This document shows, piece by piece, positions 9,725-19,075 of a DNA stretch of 34,848 nt (its first letter is position 1; every line of letters begins with the position of its first letter). A program made the translations under genes and the position numbers. The notes under the pieces were generated by a model that made no database searches, had not been told where the DNA came from, and saw only the letters and a list, made by a program, of their open reading frames with translations. Source of the stretch: Methanocorpusculum sp. (lineage in GTDB: Archaea; Halobacteriota; Methanomicrobia; Methanomicrobiales; Methanocorpusculaceae); NCBI GenBank assembly GCA_029987025.1, contig DALTWQ010000001.1:1-34848 (forward strand), written 5' to 3'.

Positions 9725-10657
9725 ATGACGCTTGAAGAAAAAATTTCATTTTACTCCCGCGAAGACGCAGCGGAATTTCAGAAATTTCTGCGCGGAAAAG
9801 AAGTAGGTTCACGCATTGCAGTCGAACACTCCTTCTCAGGCGAACCATACTTTGAAGGTACAATTCCTTCCTTCATGAAACTGATTGCAGTTCTCGAAAA
9901 GAAGGATGCAGAAGAAGGAGAAGTTGACGAAGAACTTGCTCTGACGAAAAAAGACCTTGAAGAGCGGAAAGCAAAACTCGAAGAATTCTTCAAAGAGCAC
10001 AAGGAAGGAGACCTTATCCAGAACTCCACACCCACCCAGATGATGGCTCAGGCCAGATCCATTGATGCAGAAAGCGATGAAGCCTTCAGAAAAGAAGCTG
10101 CTGACAAGTTTGTCTCCTCTCTGATGATATTAGGAGCTCTTGAAGACAACGACCTCTTAAAAGAGACCGAAGACGGAAACGGCTACATCTTATCCGGAAC
10201 TGCGAATGCTGAAGATCTCCGTGTCATGTACGCTTACACTGATTTCCCGGCAATTACGTCTGAAGATCTCAAAGAGTGCAGTATCTCAAGCCACATCAGA
10301 ACATCTTCTCTTGCAAAATACGTTGTGACCGTGGGCGGGGAAATTATCTTTACCGATACCGATGAAATCGCCGGATATCTCGACAATGCAGATGTTGATG
10401 AAGACGAATCAGCCCGCTTCATTGACAATATTTTCTTCAAGCAGGCATTCGTCGGAAAAATCCATGAGTTAATTGAAGGAGGAAATACATCCGAAGAAAA
10501 ACTTGCAGAAGCTCTCGGTGCTCCTGCATTCCCGCTCGAGGGAACTGATGATGTTATCTCCTTTGACATCAGTCCTGAGTATTTAAGCGAAGTCATCTCC
10601 GACATGAAAAAACTTGGAATTGTTGCCGGAAAAGACGGTAAGTTTAAAAACATCTGA
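9725..10657 (+). CDS. Acidic hypothetical protein
   Basis: Long ORF with host-like codon usage. ATG at 9725 (MTLEEK) is chosen because the 9542 start overlaps the divergent patatin gene. Confidence 0.75.
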   Translation: MTLEEKISFYSREDAAEFQKFLRGKEVGSRIAVEHSFSGEPYFEGTIPSFMKLIAVLEKKDAEEGEVDEELALTKKDLEERKAKLEEFFKEHKEGDLIQNSTPTQMMAQARSIDAESDEAFRKEAADKFVSSLMILGALEDNDLLKETEDGNGYILSGTANAEDLRVMYAYTDFPAITSEDLKECSISSHIRTSSLAKYVVTVGGEIIFTDTDEIAGYLDNADVDEDESARFIDNIFFKQAFVGKIHELIEGGNTSEEKLAEALGAPAFPLEGTDDVISFDISPEYLSEVISDMKKLGIVAGKDGKFKNI

Positions 10658-10674
10658 GTACATATAATAGAGTT

Positions 10675-10732
10675 AGGTGGGGGATGTGGAGTACAAAGCA
10701 GTGTGGATACTGCTGCCCTCACCGCACCTTTT
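10675..10732 (+). ncRNA. Candidate small structured RNA or 3' structural element
   Basis: GGTGGGGG (10676-83) pairs with CCCTCACC (10716-23) and encloses an AGCAGTG-TGGA-TACTGCT hairpin. It is preceded by ATATAATA and followed by a T-run. Confidence 0.3.
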
Positions 10733-10823
10733 CATTAATTAATAGTATCTATTCTCACATATTTGCAGATTTATTTTGAATTTTACCAACTGATACGCAA
10801 AAAACAGCTGTTTTGATTTCTGA

Positions 10824-12203
10824 TTACGATGCAGATTTTCTTCTGCGCTCCTTTGTACTCATGTATCCGAGAATTACTGAAAGAGCAAGTCCGGCAGCCA
10901 TACACAGGGATACTGCGCCTGCTGCTGCGGAGAATGCGGCCTCTCCTGATACAGTTTCAAAGACTGCATATATGCCGGTAAAAACCGATGAACCTATACA
11001 GCCTGCTATCTGGAATCCGGTACTGAGTATTACTACTCCGTGAGGATTCAGATGGAATGGAATTTTTGAAAGCATGTGGCTTTGAAGAGGTCCTAAAATA
11101 ATTGATGAACCGCAGATTACCGGAATGTAGAGGAGAGCAAATAAAATAACATTTCCTGTGCTGATAAAAGCCGCAAGAAGTGCGGTGAATGCACCCATCA
11201 GAACAAATCCAAGCGGGATGATGAAGGCAGGACCGAAGTTGTCACTGAGACGTCCTGCAACAGGAGCAAAAAGCGATGATAAAAAAATTGCCGGGAAAAT
11301 AGTCAGAGATGCAGTCATGGGGTCAACACCGAGACAATCCTGCATATAATAGGGGAGAATGATGTTCATCGCAAAGGCTGCAATGATGACGAGCATATTC
11401 ATAATAATCCCAAAAGAGAACTGCGGAATTTTCAGCGGCTGCAGATTGATAAGCGGGCTCTTAAGTTTTCTCTGGCGCAGGACAAAAAGCACCAGAAAAA
11501 TAATTCCTGCAGCAAAGGATATCAGTGATACGAATATTTCTCCGGTAAATATGGTTGAAACACCATACATTGTACTAATCATGCCGAAGCTGATGAGGAT
11601 GACTGAGAGAGAATCCAGTTTCGGATGGGTAATCTCTGCAATATTTTTAAGAAGGAATATCCCGCAGATTAAACACACGGCACAGACTGCTGCATACACC
11701 CAGAAGAGCATTCTCCAGTCAAAGAACGAAAGTATGCCGCCGGCAGCTAAAATTGAAGCGGATGGACCTATAGTTGTCATTGAGATAACAATACCAATGT
11801 AAACACCGAGTTTTTCCCGCGGAGCACACTCGATGTTGATGTTCATCTCAAGCGGAATCAGAATTCCTGTTCCTACCGCCTGGATGATTCGCCCTGCAAG
11901 AAGCATGGGAAAACTGGTAGAAAGTGCTGAAAGGATACTTCCTCCAATCAGAAATATGAAGGAGATAAAATACAGAGGCCGTGTCTTAATTGTCCGGTAC
12001 AGATACGCTGATATCGGAATCATTACAGCGGCTCCAAGCATGTAAGCTGTCGTAAGCCACTTTACCGTAATGAGGTCTGTTGAAAAAGTCTCTGCGATTG
12101 AGGTAAAGGCTACGTTCAGATATGTTTCATTGAAGGTTGCAATAAACGCGGCAAAAGAGGCGATAAAAAGAACAACTTTCGGATTGACTGAGGCAGTGTT
12201 CAT
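10824..12203 (-). CDS. MFS drug:H+ antiporter, DHA2 (14-TM, LmrB-like) family
   Basis: FNETYLNVA, WLTTAYML, LLAGRIIQAVGTG, WRMLF, PLINLQPLK, AGRLSDNFG. Confidence 0.9.
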   Translation of the reverse strand: MNTASVNPKVVLFIASFAAFIATFNETYLNVAFTSIAETFSTDLITVKWLTTAYMLGAAVMIPISAYLYRTIKTRPLYFISFIFLIGGSILSALSTSFPMLLAGRIIQAVGTGILIPLEMNINIECAPREKLGVYIGIVISMTTIGPSASILAAGGILSFFDWRMLFWVYAAVCAVCLICGIFLLKNIAEITHPKLDSLSVILISFGMISTMYGVSTIFTGEIFVSLISFAAGIIFLVLFVLRQRKLKSPLINLQPLKIPQFSFGIIMNMLVIIAAFAMNIILPYYMQDCLGVDPMTASLTIFPAIFLSSLFAPVAGRLSDNFGPAFIIPLGFVLMGAFTALLAAFISTGNVILFALLYIPVICGSSIILGPLQSHMLSKIPFHLNPHGVVILSTGFQIAGCIGSSVFTGIYAVFETVSGEAAFSAAAGAVSLCMAAGLALSVILGYMSTKERRRKSAS

Positions 12204-12216
12204 ACCATATCAGGGC

Positions 12217-13671
12217 TTACAGCCCCACGCTTACATCCCCGGCATCCCGTCCAAGAAAACAGAACTTCTCATAGGAAAGCGTGGATAAATCAACCACGAC
12301 CGTTTCTGCAGGAGTCGGAACAATATTCATCTGTTTCTGGAAAGATGTCTGTGACTGCCACGTACCTGCGTTTACCCCTAAAACACCATGATACATCGTT
12401 GTGCCGCTGATATGAATGTGACCAGTATGGAGAATATCAGGAACCTCACGGATTACGAGATGGTCGGTTTCTGTCGTCAGAAGCGGTGTTCTCTGACCGT
12501 AAATCGGACCGAGATGACGTCTCTGCAGCATCGCTTCCATAACAAGGCCCGGATCGTAATAGGAAACCTGAGGAATGAATTTGATGAGGTCGTCGATACT
12601 TCGTCCGTGATACATCAGCGTCTTTACCGACTGAATACTTACCAGACTCGGATTCTCAACAAAGGTTACATTCTTCGAAAACTTTGAGCGGAACTCTTCG
12701 GGAATCGACGGCTGCGGCTCTGCACCGCGTACTGCATCGTGATTTCCAGGCGCTAAAATAATCTGGAGATGGGAAGGAAGTTCGGAAAGCATCTCTCCTA
12801 CATGGTCATACTGCTCATAAATCGTTTTGATGTGCAGTTCCTTATTCTGGTCAGGATAAACACCTATTCCGTCAACTACGTCTCCGTCGATTAACAGATA
12901 TCCGATTTCCGGATGAACCTCCATCCAGTCGCGGAAACGGTTCCATGAATCCTCAAGAAATGTGTTGCTTCCGACATGCACATCGGAAATCATTGCGATT
13001 TTCGCAGGCTCTTTCGGCGGGGAAAAAGTATGGCCTAACGGAATATCAGGACGGATAAGTGTATCTGCAAAAAGCATTGAACTTGACATTCCCCCGGGGC
13101 CGGGCGGTGCAAGTTTTCCTTTCACACCGATTACTTCATCCGGAATGATTTTTTCAGCCTCGGCAAATCCTTCGCGGTTCTTGTTGAACAGAACACGAAT
13201 CATTCCTGTCGGATCTTCAATTTCAACAACGCGGTGTCCTTTCGGCGTGGTATTTATCGAAAAGACTGTGCCGCACACACCCACATCCATGTCCTGATAC
13301 CGCGTTCCGGAACGTGTCAGAGCCTCAATCGGAATAGGAGATACTCTTCCCTTCATCAGCCGGGAAAGCGTTTCAAAACGGTCGCGGAAGATTCTGTTCG
13401 ACATCTCCGGTTCCGGAAGCGGGACAGAACTGTTTTCACGTCCGCAAAGAATTTCCGGAAGAGGACAGGGGCCTACTGCAAGTTTATCAGTGCGCAGCTG
13501 AACCATCCCTAACACATCTTTGGGTGTTACAACTGAAAGACCGTGCGGAAGCGAGTTCATAATTCCTTCGATAACGCCTGAACTGCTGCTTTCTGCGATG
13601 TAGTTTACTACATCAGGATGAACCAGCAGTCCTGCGTCAAGGAATCTCTGAACAATAAGGCGCTTATCCAT
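12217..13671 (-). CDS. polB: DNA polymerase D small (proofreading exonuclease) subunit DP1
   Basis: OB fold (EIEDPTG), phosphoesterase motifs ISDVHVGS, GDVVDGIGVYP, PGNHDA, YHGRSIDD, HTGHIH, and NAGTWQSQTSFQ. Confidence 0.96.
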   Translation of the reverse strand: MDKRLIVQRFLDAGLLVHPDVVNYIAESSSSGVIEGIMNSLPHGLSVVTPKDVLGMVQLRTDKLAVGPCPLPEILCGRENSSVPLPEPEMSNRIFRDRFETLSRLMKGRVSPIPIEALTRSGTRYQDMDVGVCGTVFSINTTPKGHRVVEIEDPTGMIRVLFNKNREGFAEAEKIIPDEVIGVKGKLAPPGPGGMSSSMLFADTLIRPDIPLGHTFSPPKEPAKIAMISDVHVGSNTFLEDSWNRFRDWMEVHPEIGYLLIDGDVVDGIGVYPDQNKELHIKTIYEQYDHVGEMLSELPSHLQIILAPGNHDAVRGAEPQPSIPEEFRSKFSKNVTFVENPSLVSIQSVKTLMYHGRSIDDLIKFIPQVSYYDPGLVMEAMLQRRHLGPIYGQRTPLLTTETDHLVIREVPDILHTGHIHISGTTMYHGVLGVNAGTWQSQTSFQKQMNIVPTPAETVVVDLSTLSYEKFCFLGRDAGDVSVGL

Positions 13672-13673
13672 TT

Positions 13674-14837
13674 TTAGAGGGAGTCAACAAATTCTCCGAT
13701 ACGTTTTACCGCGGTCATGAGTTTGTTTCTGTCAACCGCATAACAGGTTCTTACATGTCCTGCACCGGACGGACCGAATGCTGAGCCCGGCACAACTGCG
13801 ACCTGCTTTTCTTTTAAGAGCCGCTCGGCAAACTCGGTATCGGAAAGTCCTGTAGGTTCAATCGACGGGAACGCGTAGAATGCACCCTGGGGAAGATGGC
13901 AGGGAAGACCAATCTCATTTAATCCTTTGACAAAGAGGTTTCTTCTGATGCGGTACTCGGCAACCATAGCGTTCTTGGCGTCTTCGCCCGACTTCAGCGC
14001 TTCAACAGCTGCAAACTGTGAAGCAGTAGGGGCAGACATCATCACATACTGATGAATCTTTAATGCCGCATTGCAGATCTCCTTCGGGGCGCAGAGATAC
14101 CCGAGACGCCATCCGGTCATCGCATAAGCCTTGGAGAAACCGTTTAAGGTAATTGTCCGCTCGAAAAGTCCCTCTACAGAAGCTGTTGCCGTGTGTTTTC
14201 CGTCATAGGTGAGTTCCGAATAAACCTCATCAGAGATGATGAGAAGGTCATGGTCAATGACGATATCAGCTATGGCTTTGAGGTCGTCTTTTGTCATGAT
14301 GCCTCCTGTCGGATTGTTCGGGAAGTTCATAATCAGGACTTTGCTCTTCGGCGTGATGGTCTCCATCAGGGAATCAGGTGTTATCTTGAACTGGTCTTCC
14401 GCTTTGCACGCAAGCGGAACAGGTTTTCCGCCTGCCATCAGCACCTCCGGCTGATACGAGACAAAGCACGGGTCGACAACTAAAACCTCGTCTCCCGGAT
14501 TTACTACAGTGCGGACAGCAACATCAAATGCTTCGGAGACGCCGGCGGTAAAGATGAGTTCCGATGTCGGGTCATAGGAAATGCCGTACCGGTTCTTTAA
14601 ATCTTCTGAAAGAAGCGAACAGAGATTTGCAAGACCTCTGTTTGCCGTATACATCGTCATACCTTTTTCGATGGATGAAATAGCAGCCTTGGATATGGCA
14701 TACGGCGTATCAAAGTCCGGCTCTCCGACACCGAGACTGATGACGTCGTCGCTGTCCATCGTAAGAACGAGGTCAAAGAATTTGCGGATTCCTGACGGAG
14801 GAATGGATTCTGCAATATCTGATACAAATTTTCGCAT
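13674..14837 (-). CDS. PLP-dependent aminotransferase class I/II
   Basis: SGIRKFFD, ISLGVGEPDF, NFPNNPTG, ISDEVY, GFSKAYAMTGWRLG, GAFYAF. Confidence 0.95.
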   Translation of the reverse strand: MRKFVSDIAESIPPSGIRKFFDLVLTMDSDDVISLGVGEPDFDTPYAISKAAISSIEKGMTMYTANRGLANLCSLLSEDLKNRYGISYDPTSELIFTAGVSEAFDVAVRTVVNPGDEVLVVDPCFVSYQPEVLMAGGKPVPLACKAEDQFKITPDSLMETITPKSKVLIMNFPNNPTGGIMTKDDLKAIADIVIDHDLLIISDEVYSELTYDGKHTATASVEGLFERTITLNGFSKAYAMTGWRLGYLCAPKEICNAALKIHQYVMMSAPTASQFAAVEALKSGEDAKNAMVAEYRIRRNLFVKGLNEIGLPCHLPQGAFYAFPSIEPTGLSDTEFAERLLKEKQVAVVPGSAFGPSGAGHVRTCYAVDRNKLMTAVKRIGEFVDSL

Positions 14838-14845
14838 TATCCGCC

Positions 14846-15337
14846 TCAGAAGCTGATGAGCTGACGGTCGCGGTTCCCGGTACGAATCATGGGAACGCCC
14901 TGTTCTTTATATGTGCGCATGATAATCTGCGTCATAGTCTCTTTAACACCGTCAAGGGATGCAATCTGTTCCGCAACAAAGCGGGAGACCTCGGTCATGG
15001 TCTTTCCGTGGATTGTTACCTGGAAATCGTATGTTCCGGTTAACAGATGGATGCTTTCAACCTCAGGAAAACGGGAGATTTTTTCTGCAATGCCGTCGTA
15101 TCCGAGACCTTTTTCCGGAGAGACCTTGAGAGATAACACAACAATGACGTTGTCTTCTCCGAGAACAGAGTAGTCAACAACTGCTGTGCAGCTGCGAAGA
15201 ATTCCTGCTTCTTTTAATGCTGCAATACGGGAGTCAACCTCTGCGGATGAAATTTCAAGCATGCATCCGAGATCTTCTGATGCAATGCGGCTGTTCTTCT
15301 GCAGTTCCTGTAAAATAATTGTATCTTTTTCGTCCAT
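14846..15337 (-). CDS. Lrp/AsnC family transcriptional regulator
   Basis: MDEKDTIILQELQKNSR HTH followed by a RAM domain (FPEVESIHLLTGTYDF). The start at 15337 lies just downstream of the cdc6 stop. Confidence 0.9.
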   Translation of the reverse strand: MDEKDTIILQELQKNSRIASEDLGCMLEISSAEVDSRIAALKEAGILRSCTAVVDYSVLGEDNVIVVLSLKVSPEKGLGYDGIAEKISRFPEVESIHLLTGTYDFQVTIHGKTMTEVSRFVAEQIASLDGVKETMTQIIMRTYKEQGVPMIRTGNRDRQLISF

Positions 15338-15342
15338 GATAA

Positions 15343-17103
15343 TTACCTCATTAATGGTTCTAATAAAGCGCATTCTGCAAAGCGCGGCTCGTTCATAATT
15401 ACTTTTCTCATGTCGGTTGTCGGATTCATGAAGTAGATTTCTGTTGTTCTGCCGTATCTTCCGCGGGAAACGACACGGGATGCAACAATTCCGAGCATTG
15501 TCAGGTCGTTAATTAAGTCTGATACACGGCGGTGGCTTAACGGTTCGGTATCGAGTTCTCTTACGAGGTCGCGGTATATTCCGATAACCTGACCGCTTGT
15601 GAAGACCTTCTGTCCTGAACCTGCGAGAAGAAGCATTGAACTTAGGACAATCTTGCTCTGTACCGGAAGTGTTCTGACGCACTCACTCATGGTGTCGGTT
15701 TCGATATTTTCCTGTGCTGCAGCAACGTGCCGCTCTTCCACGCAGGAGACTCCTTCACGTTCTGCAAGTTCTCCGGAGACACGTAAGAGATCAAGCGCTC
15801 TGCGGGCATCTCCGTGTTCCTGAGCAGCGCGTGCAGCACAAAGGGATATGACCTCGTCAGGTACAGCTCCTTCAAGGAATGCGGTTTTTGCACGCTGGCA
15901 TAAGATATCGCGGAGCTGGTCTGCGTTGTACGGCGGGAAGACAAGTTCCTCTTCTGAAAGGGAGGATAAGACACGCGGGTCGAGGAAGTCTTTGAATGTC
16001 AGATCGTTTGAAATTCCTATAATGCAGACCCTTGACTTAACTAAATCGCTGTTGATTCTGGTAAGACTGTATAAAGTATCGTCTCCGCTTTTCTTGACGA
16101 GTTTGTCGATTTCGTCAAGAACAATAATCTGCAGTCCTCCTGCCTGTTCCAGGATATTTTTCAGTTCGGAATACACCTGGTCGGTATGCCATCCGGTCGG
16201 AGGAATAGTATTTTTCATGCGGTCGCTCGGTTTTGTTTCAACACCGCTTATGTAGTTTGCAATCTGCGCTAAGACACGGTACTGGGTATCGATGGTTTCA
16301 CAGTTTAAGTGAACAAGGCGGCACGGGGTAAAGCCTGAACTTTCATTTTCAAGTTCTCCGCCGACGTATTTGACGGTTGCAGTCTTTCCGGTACCGGTTT
16401 TTCCATAGATTAAGATATTTGACGGAGTTGCACCCTGAAGGGCCGGAGCTAATATTTCGGCGATTGAGTCAATCTGTTCATCTCTGTGCGGGAGTTCTCT
16501 TGGATTATAACTGTGCCGTAAGACTTCACGGTTCCGGAAGATTTTATTCTGGGTAATATATTTTGCAAAGAGACCGGATGCCTTCGGCTGCAGCTGAGTT
16601 CCATCAGCTGCCTGTTCTCCGTTAACCTGCTGTTCTCCATCCGCTTTGTTTCCTTCTTCCTTATTTTCCTCTGCAGGTGCAGCTGATTTATTCTGTCCGG
16701 GTTCAGAGTCCGGAGTCTGTTCTGATTTTCCTGACAACTCTGCCTGTTTCGGTGATTCCGGCTGTGCCGGCTGCTCCAGGTGTTCTGACGGTTCTGCCTG
16801 CTTTGATGAGTCCTGCTGTATCTGCTCTTCTAATGGTTCTGATTCTTTTGACAGTTCCGGCATTGCCGGCTGAGATGCGGAATCCGTGACAGAATCCGGT
16901 AAAGAGGATAAAGACACTGAAGGTTCTGAAGGAACTGCGGCTGGTTCAGCTGATGGTGCTGCAGCTGACAGGGATTCAGCCGATGCGGATTCTGCTGATA
17001 CAGGTACGGATTCCTGCACTTTATCTCCCTGCAACGCCTGTTCCGGAACAGCAGATTTCTGTTCCAAAGAAAGGTTTTCTGTTATGGGTTGTTCGTCTGA
17101 CAT
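15343..17103 (-). CDS. cdc6: Orc1/Cdc6 replication initiator with a long low-complexity N-terminal extension
   Basis: LPHRDEQI, Walker A GKTGTGKT, Walker B IIVLDEID, FPPYNADQL, GDARRALDLL, winged helix SRGRYGRT. The start is uncertain (an alternative internal Met lies near residue 82). Confidence 0.95.
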   Translation of the reverse strand: MSDEQPITENLSLEQKSAVPEQALQGDKVQESVPVSAESASAESLSAAAPSAEPAAVPSEPSVSLSSLPDSVTDSASQPAMPELSKESEPLEEQIQQDSSKQAEPSEHLEQPAQPESPKQAELSGKSEQTPDSEPGQNKSAAPAEENKEEGNKADGEQQVNGEQAADGTQLQPKASGLFAKYITQNKIFRNREVLRHSYNPRELPHRDEQIDSIAEILAPALQGATPSNILIYGKTGTGKTATVKYVGGELENESSGFTPCRLVHLNCETIDTQYRVLAQIANYISGVETKPSDRMKNTIPPTGWHTDQVYSELKNILEQAGGLQIIVLDEIDKLVKKSGDDTLYSLTRINSDLVKSRVCIIGISNDLTFKDFLDPRVLSSLSEEELVFPPYNADQLRDILCQRAKTAFLEGAVPDEVISLCAARAAQEHGDARRALDLLRVSGELAEREGVSCVEERHVAAAQENIETDTMSECVRTLPVQSKIVLSSMLLLAGSGQKVFTSGQVIGIYRDLVRELDTEPLSHRRVSDLINDLTMLGIVASRVVSRGRYGRTTEIYFMNPTTDMRKVIMNEPRFAECALLEPLMR

Positions 17104-17139
17104 GCTCTAATCAGATTGGTTTTGTTTCCATAATAATAT

Positions 17140-17910
17140 AGTGCTGTTGCGAGTGGAGGTTAGAGGTTTGTTGCGAATGGAGAATGGAAAAAAACAGGTC
17201 CTTTTCAGGCATCAATATAAATGCCAACTAATTATTTCAAAAAAATGAGGGGAACCCCTTGATTGCGAGTGGAACAGTGGAGGGGTGTCCGCGGCTTTAA
17301 TCCTAAACTCTGTTTTTGAGGTGAGTTTAAGAGCAGGATTAAACAATTTAGGAACAAATAAAAATTAAATCTACTCCTAAACCTATTTAGGCTTTGCTCC
17401 TAAAATCATTTTTTGAACGAATTTAGGAGCAGGTTGTTGAATTTAGGAGAAAAACCACCCATTTATGAGGGTATTTTAGACGATGCAGTAAAAGGTTTAG
17501 GAGAAAAGCCTCTCTAAACATACTATATATGACTTTAAAATCTCTCTAAAAATTAATTCCTGAACTGAAAACACTCTAAATTTATTTTTTTTCTAAATTT
17601 TTTGTTAATTAAATTTATTTAAAAAATATCTATAATTAAAATAAAAACATTTATATATTTATGAGTCGAAGTAATTATGAATAAAAGTTAAGATTATTAT
17701 CTTACGAGTTTTACGAGTTATAGATAAAAATATTTCCAATCGCAATTAAGGGGTTGGTCTCTCTCCTCAACTTCCCTTTACATCATCTTCTTTTATCCCT
17801 CTCCCTCTCAATTCCCCCCTCTTTATCTAATCATTCTCTACTTCACACAGCCCTACCATATCCCTCCCACTTTCCCTCTTTTTTGACTGTAAAATTTTCC
17901 ACTGGATATA
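17140..17910. promoter_or_regulatory. Probable chromosomal replication origin (oriC) adjacent to cdc6
   Basis: An inverted pair of ORB-like boxes with G-strings (17253-17275 minus strand GTTCCACTCGCAATCAAGGGGTT; 17733-17755 plus strand TTTCCAATCGCAATTAAGGGGTT) flanks an extremely AT-rich tract (~17570-17730). Mini-ORB-like copies lie at 17146-17159 and 17170-17184. Confidence 0.8.
17301..17520. repeat. Dispersed TTTAGG(AG)/(CT)CCTAAA motif cluster inside the origin region
   Basis: Copies start near 17301, 17347, 17374, 17386, 17397, 17422, 17442 and 17496, in both orientations. Confidence 0.7.
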
Positions 17911-17962
17911 ATCCTCTCACAACACTAATCTATCAAAAAAGCAAACAGATTACTACATCTAT

Positions 17963-19075
17963 ATGTCTAATACTAACTCTCCGGACTTATCCAAATCAGT
18001 TCATACATCAACTCTATCACAATCTTCACTTTCAGCCCCGTTACTTTCTCCTTCTCCATCTTCTCCCATCCTCTCTACCCATCTACATTTCTCATCTCCA
18101 TCCTTTCCCCTCCCCTCTACTTATCCCCCCATCTCCTCTCTATCCTCCCCCTCTACTCATCCAGACTCCTCCTCTCCCACGACTCCATTACCCACTCTTT
18201 CCTCAACTCAAGATGCAGGTCCAGCTTCAAACTCAAATACAAAAAATACATCTAAGACCCATTCTTCCAAGGTAAGAGCACATGAACGATTCTGGGAGAT
18301 TGATGCAGTCCGGGGAATCTGTCTTATCGGAATGGTTTTGTTCCATGCTATTTTCCTGTTAGGTCTCTTCGGTGTTATCTCAACTGCATTCTGGGAAGAT
18401 CTCATCTGCAGGGATATCATCCCGGGATCCAACTTCCAGCTGATTCATCTTGGAACCAGTCTCTTTGTTTTAATCTGCGGATTCTCTTTAATTCTCCGGC
18501 AGCGGAGAATGGAAGGTGCTTCAAGAAAAGCATACAATATCGCTGTTGTAAAACGGGGAATCCAGGTCATCCTGGTAGGAATTCTCTTCGCCGCAGTCTC
18601 GTCAGTTATCATCTACTTCTTCATTGGAGACGGCAGATACATGATGTTTAACTTCCTGATGATGATGGGGTGCAGCATGATGCTTGCCCTTCCCTTCGTT
18701 CCTTTGAAAAAATGGGCATTCATTCCTGCAGTTCTGTTTATTGTTCTCGGATTCTTACTGAGCACCATTCACGGACCGCTGTACCTGATGCCGCTTGGCA
18801 TTCTCCCCGGAGATTATCTTCCGCGGGATTTCTTCCCCATTTTCCCGTGGGTCGGCATAATGCTCCTTGGATTTGCACTCGGTTCAGTCCTTTATCCGAA
18901 CGGAAACAGGCGTTTTACCATTCCGGAACCGAACAAATTCTGCAGAGGTCTTGCGGCAATCGGCAAATATCCGCTGCAGATCTATGTTCTGCATATCCCG
19001 GTTCTTGCAGGAATTATTTTCCTGGTATGTTTAGTCTGCTCGCTTCTGGGATGCCCGATAACCGGACTCTTTTGA
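17963..19075 (+). CDS. DUF1624 / heparan-alpha-glucosaminide N-acetyltransferase-like membrane protein with a Ser/Pro/Thr-rich N-terminus
   Basis: RFWEIDAVRGI..IGMVLFH, F.LICGFSL, DFFPIFPW.G, IGKYPLQIYVLHIP. The first ~100 codons are low complexity, so the true start is uncertain. Confidence 0.85.
   Translation: MSNTNSPDLSKSVHTSTLSQSSLSAPLLSPSPSSPILSTHLHFSSPSFPLPSTYPPISSLSSPSTHPDSSSPTTPLPTLSSTQDAGPASNSNTKNTSKTHSSKVRAHERFWEIDAVRGICLIGMVLFHAIFLLGLFGVISTAFWEDLICRDIIPGSNFQLIHLGTSLFVLICGFSLILRQRRMEGASRKAYNIAVVKRGIQVILVGILFAAVSSVIIYFFIGDGRYMMFNFLMMMGCSMMLALPFVPLKKWAFIPAVLFIVLGFLLSTIHGPLYLMPLGILPGDYLPRDFFPIFPWVGIMLLGFALGSVLYPNGNRRFTIPEPNKFCRGLAAIGKYPLQIYVLHIPVLAGIIFLVCLVCSLLGCPITGLF

Noticed and set aside
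17754..18275. 173-aa Leu/Pro/His-rich ORF
   Set aside because: A by-product of the pyrimidine-rich tract; it overlaps the ORB and the DUF1624 gene in another frame.
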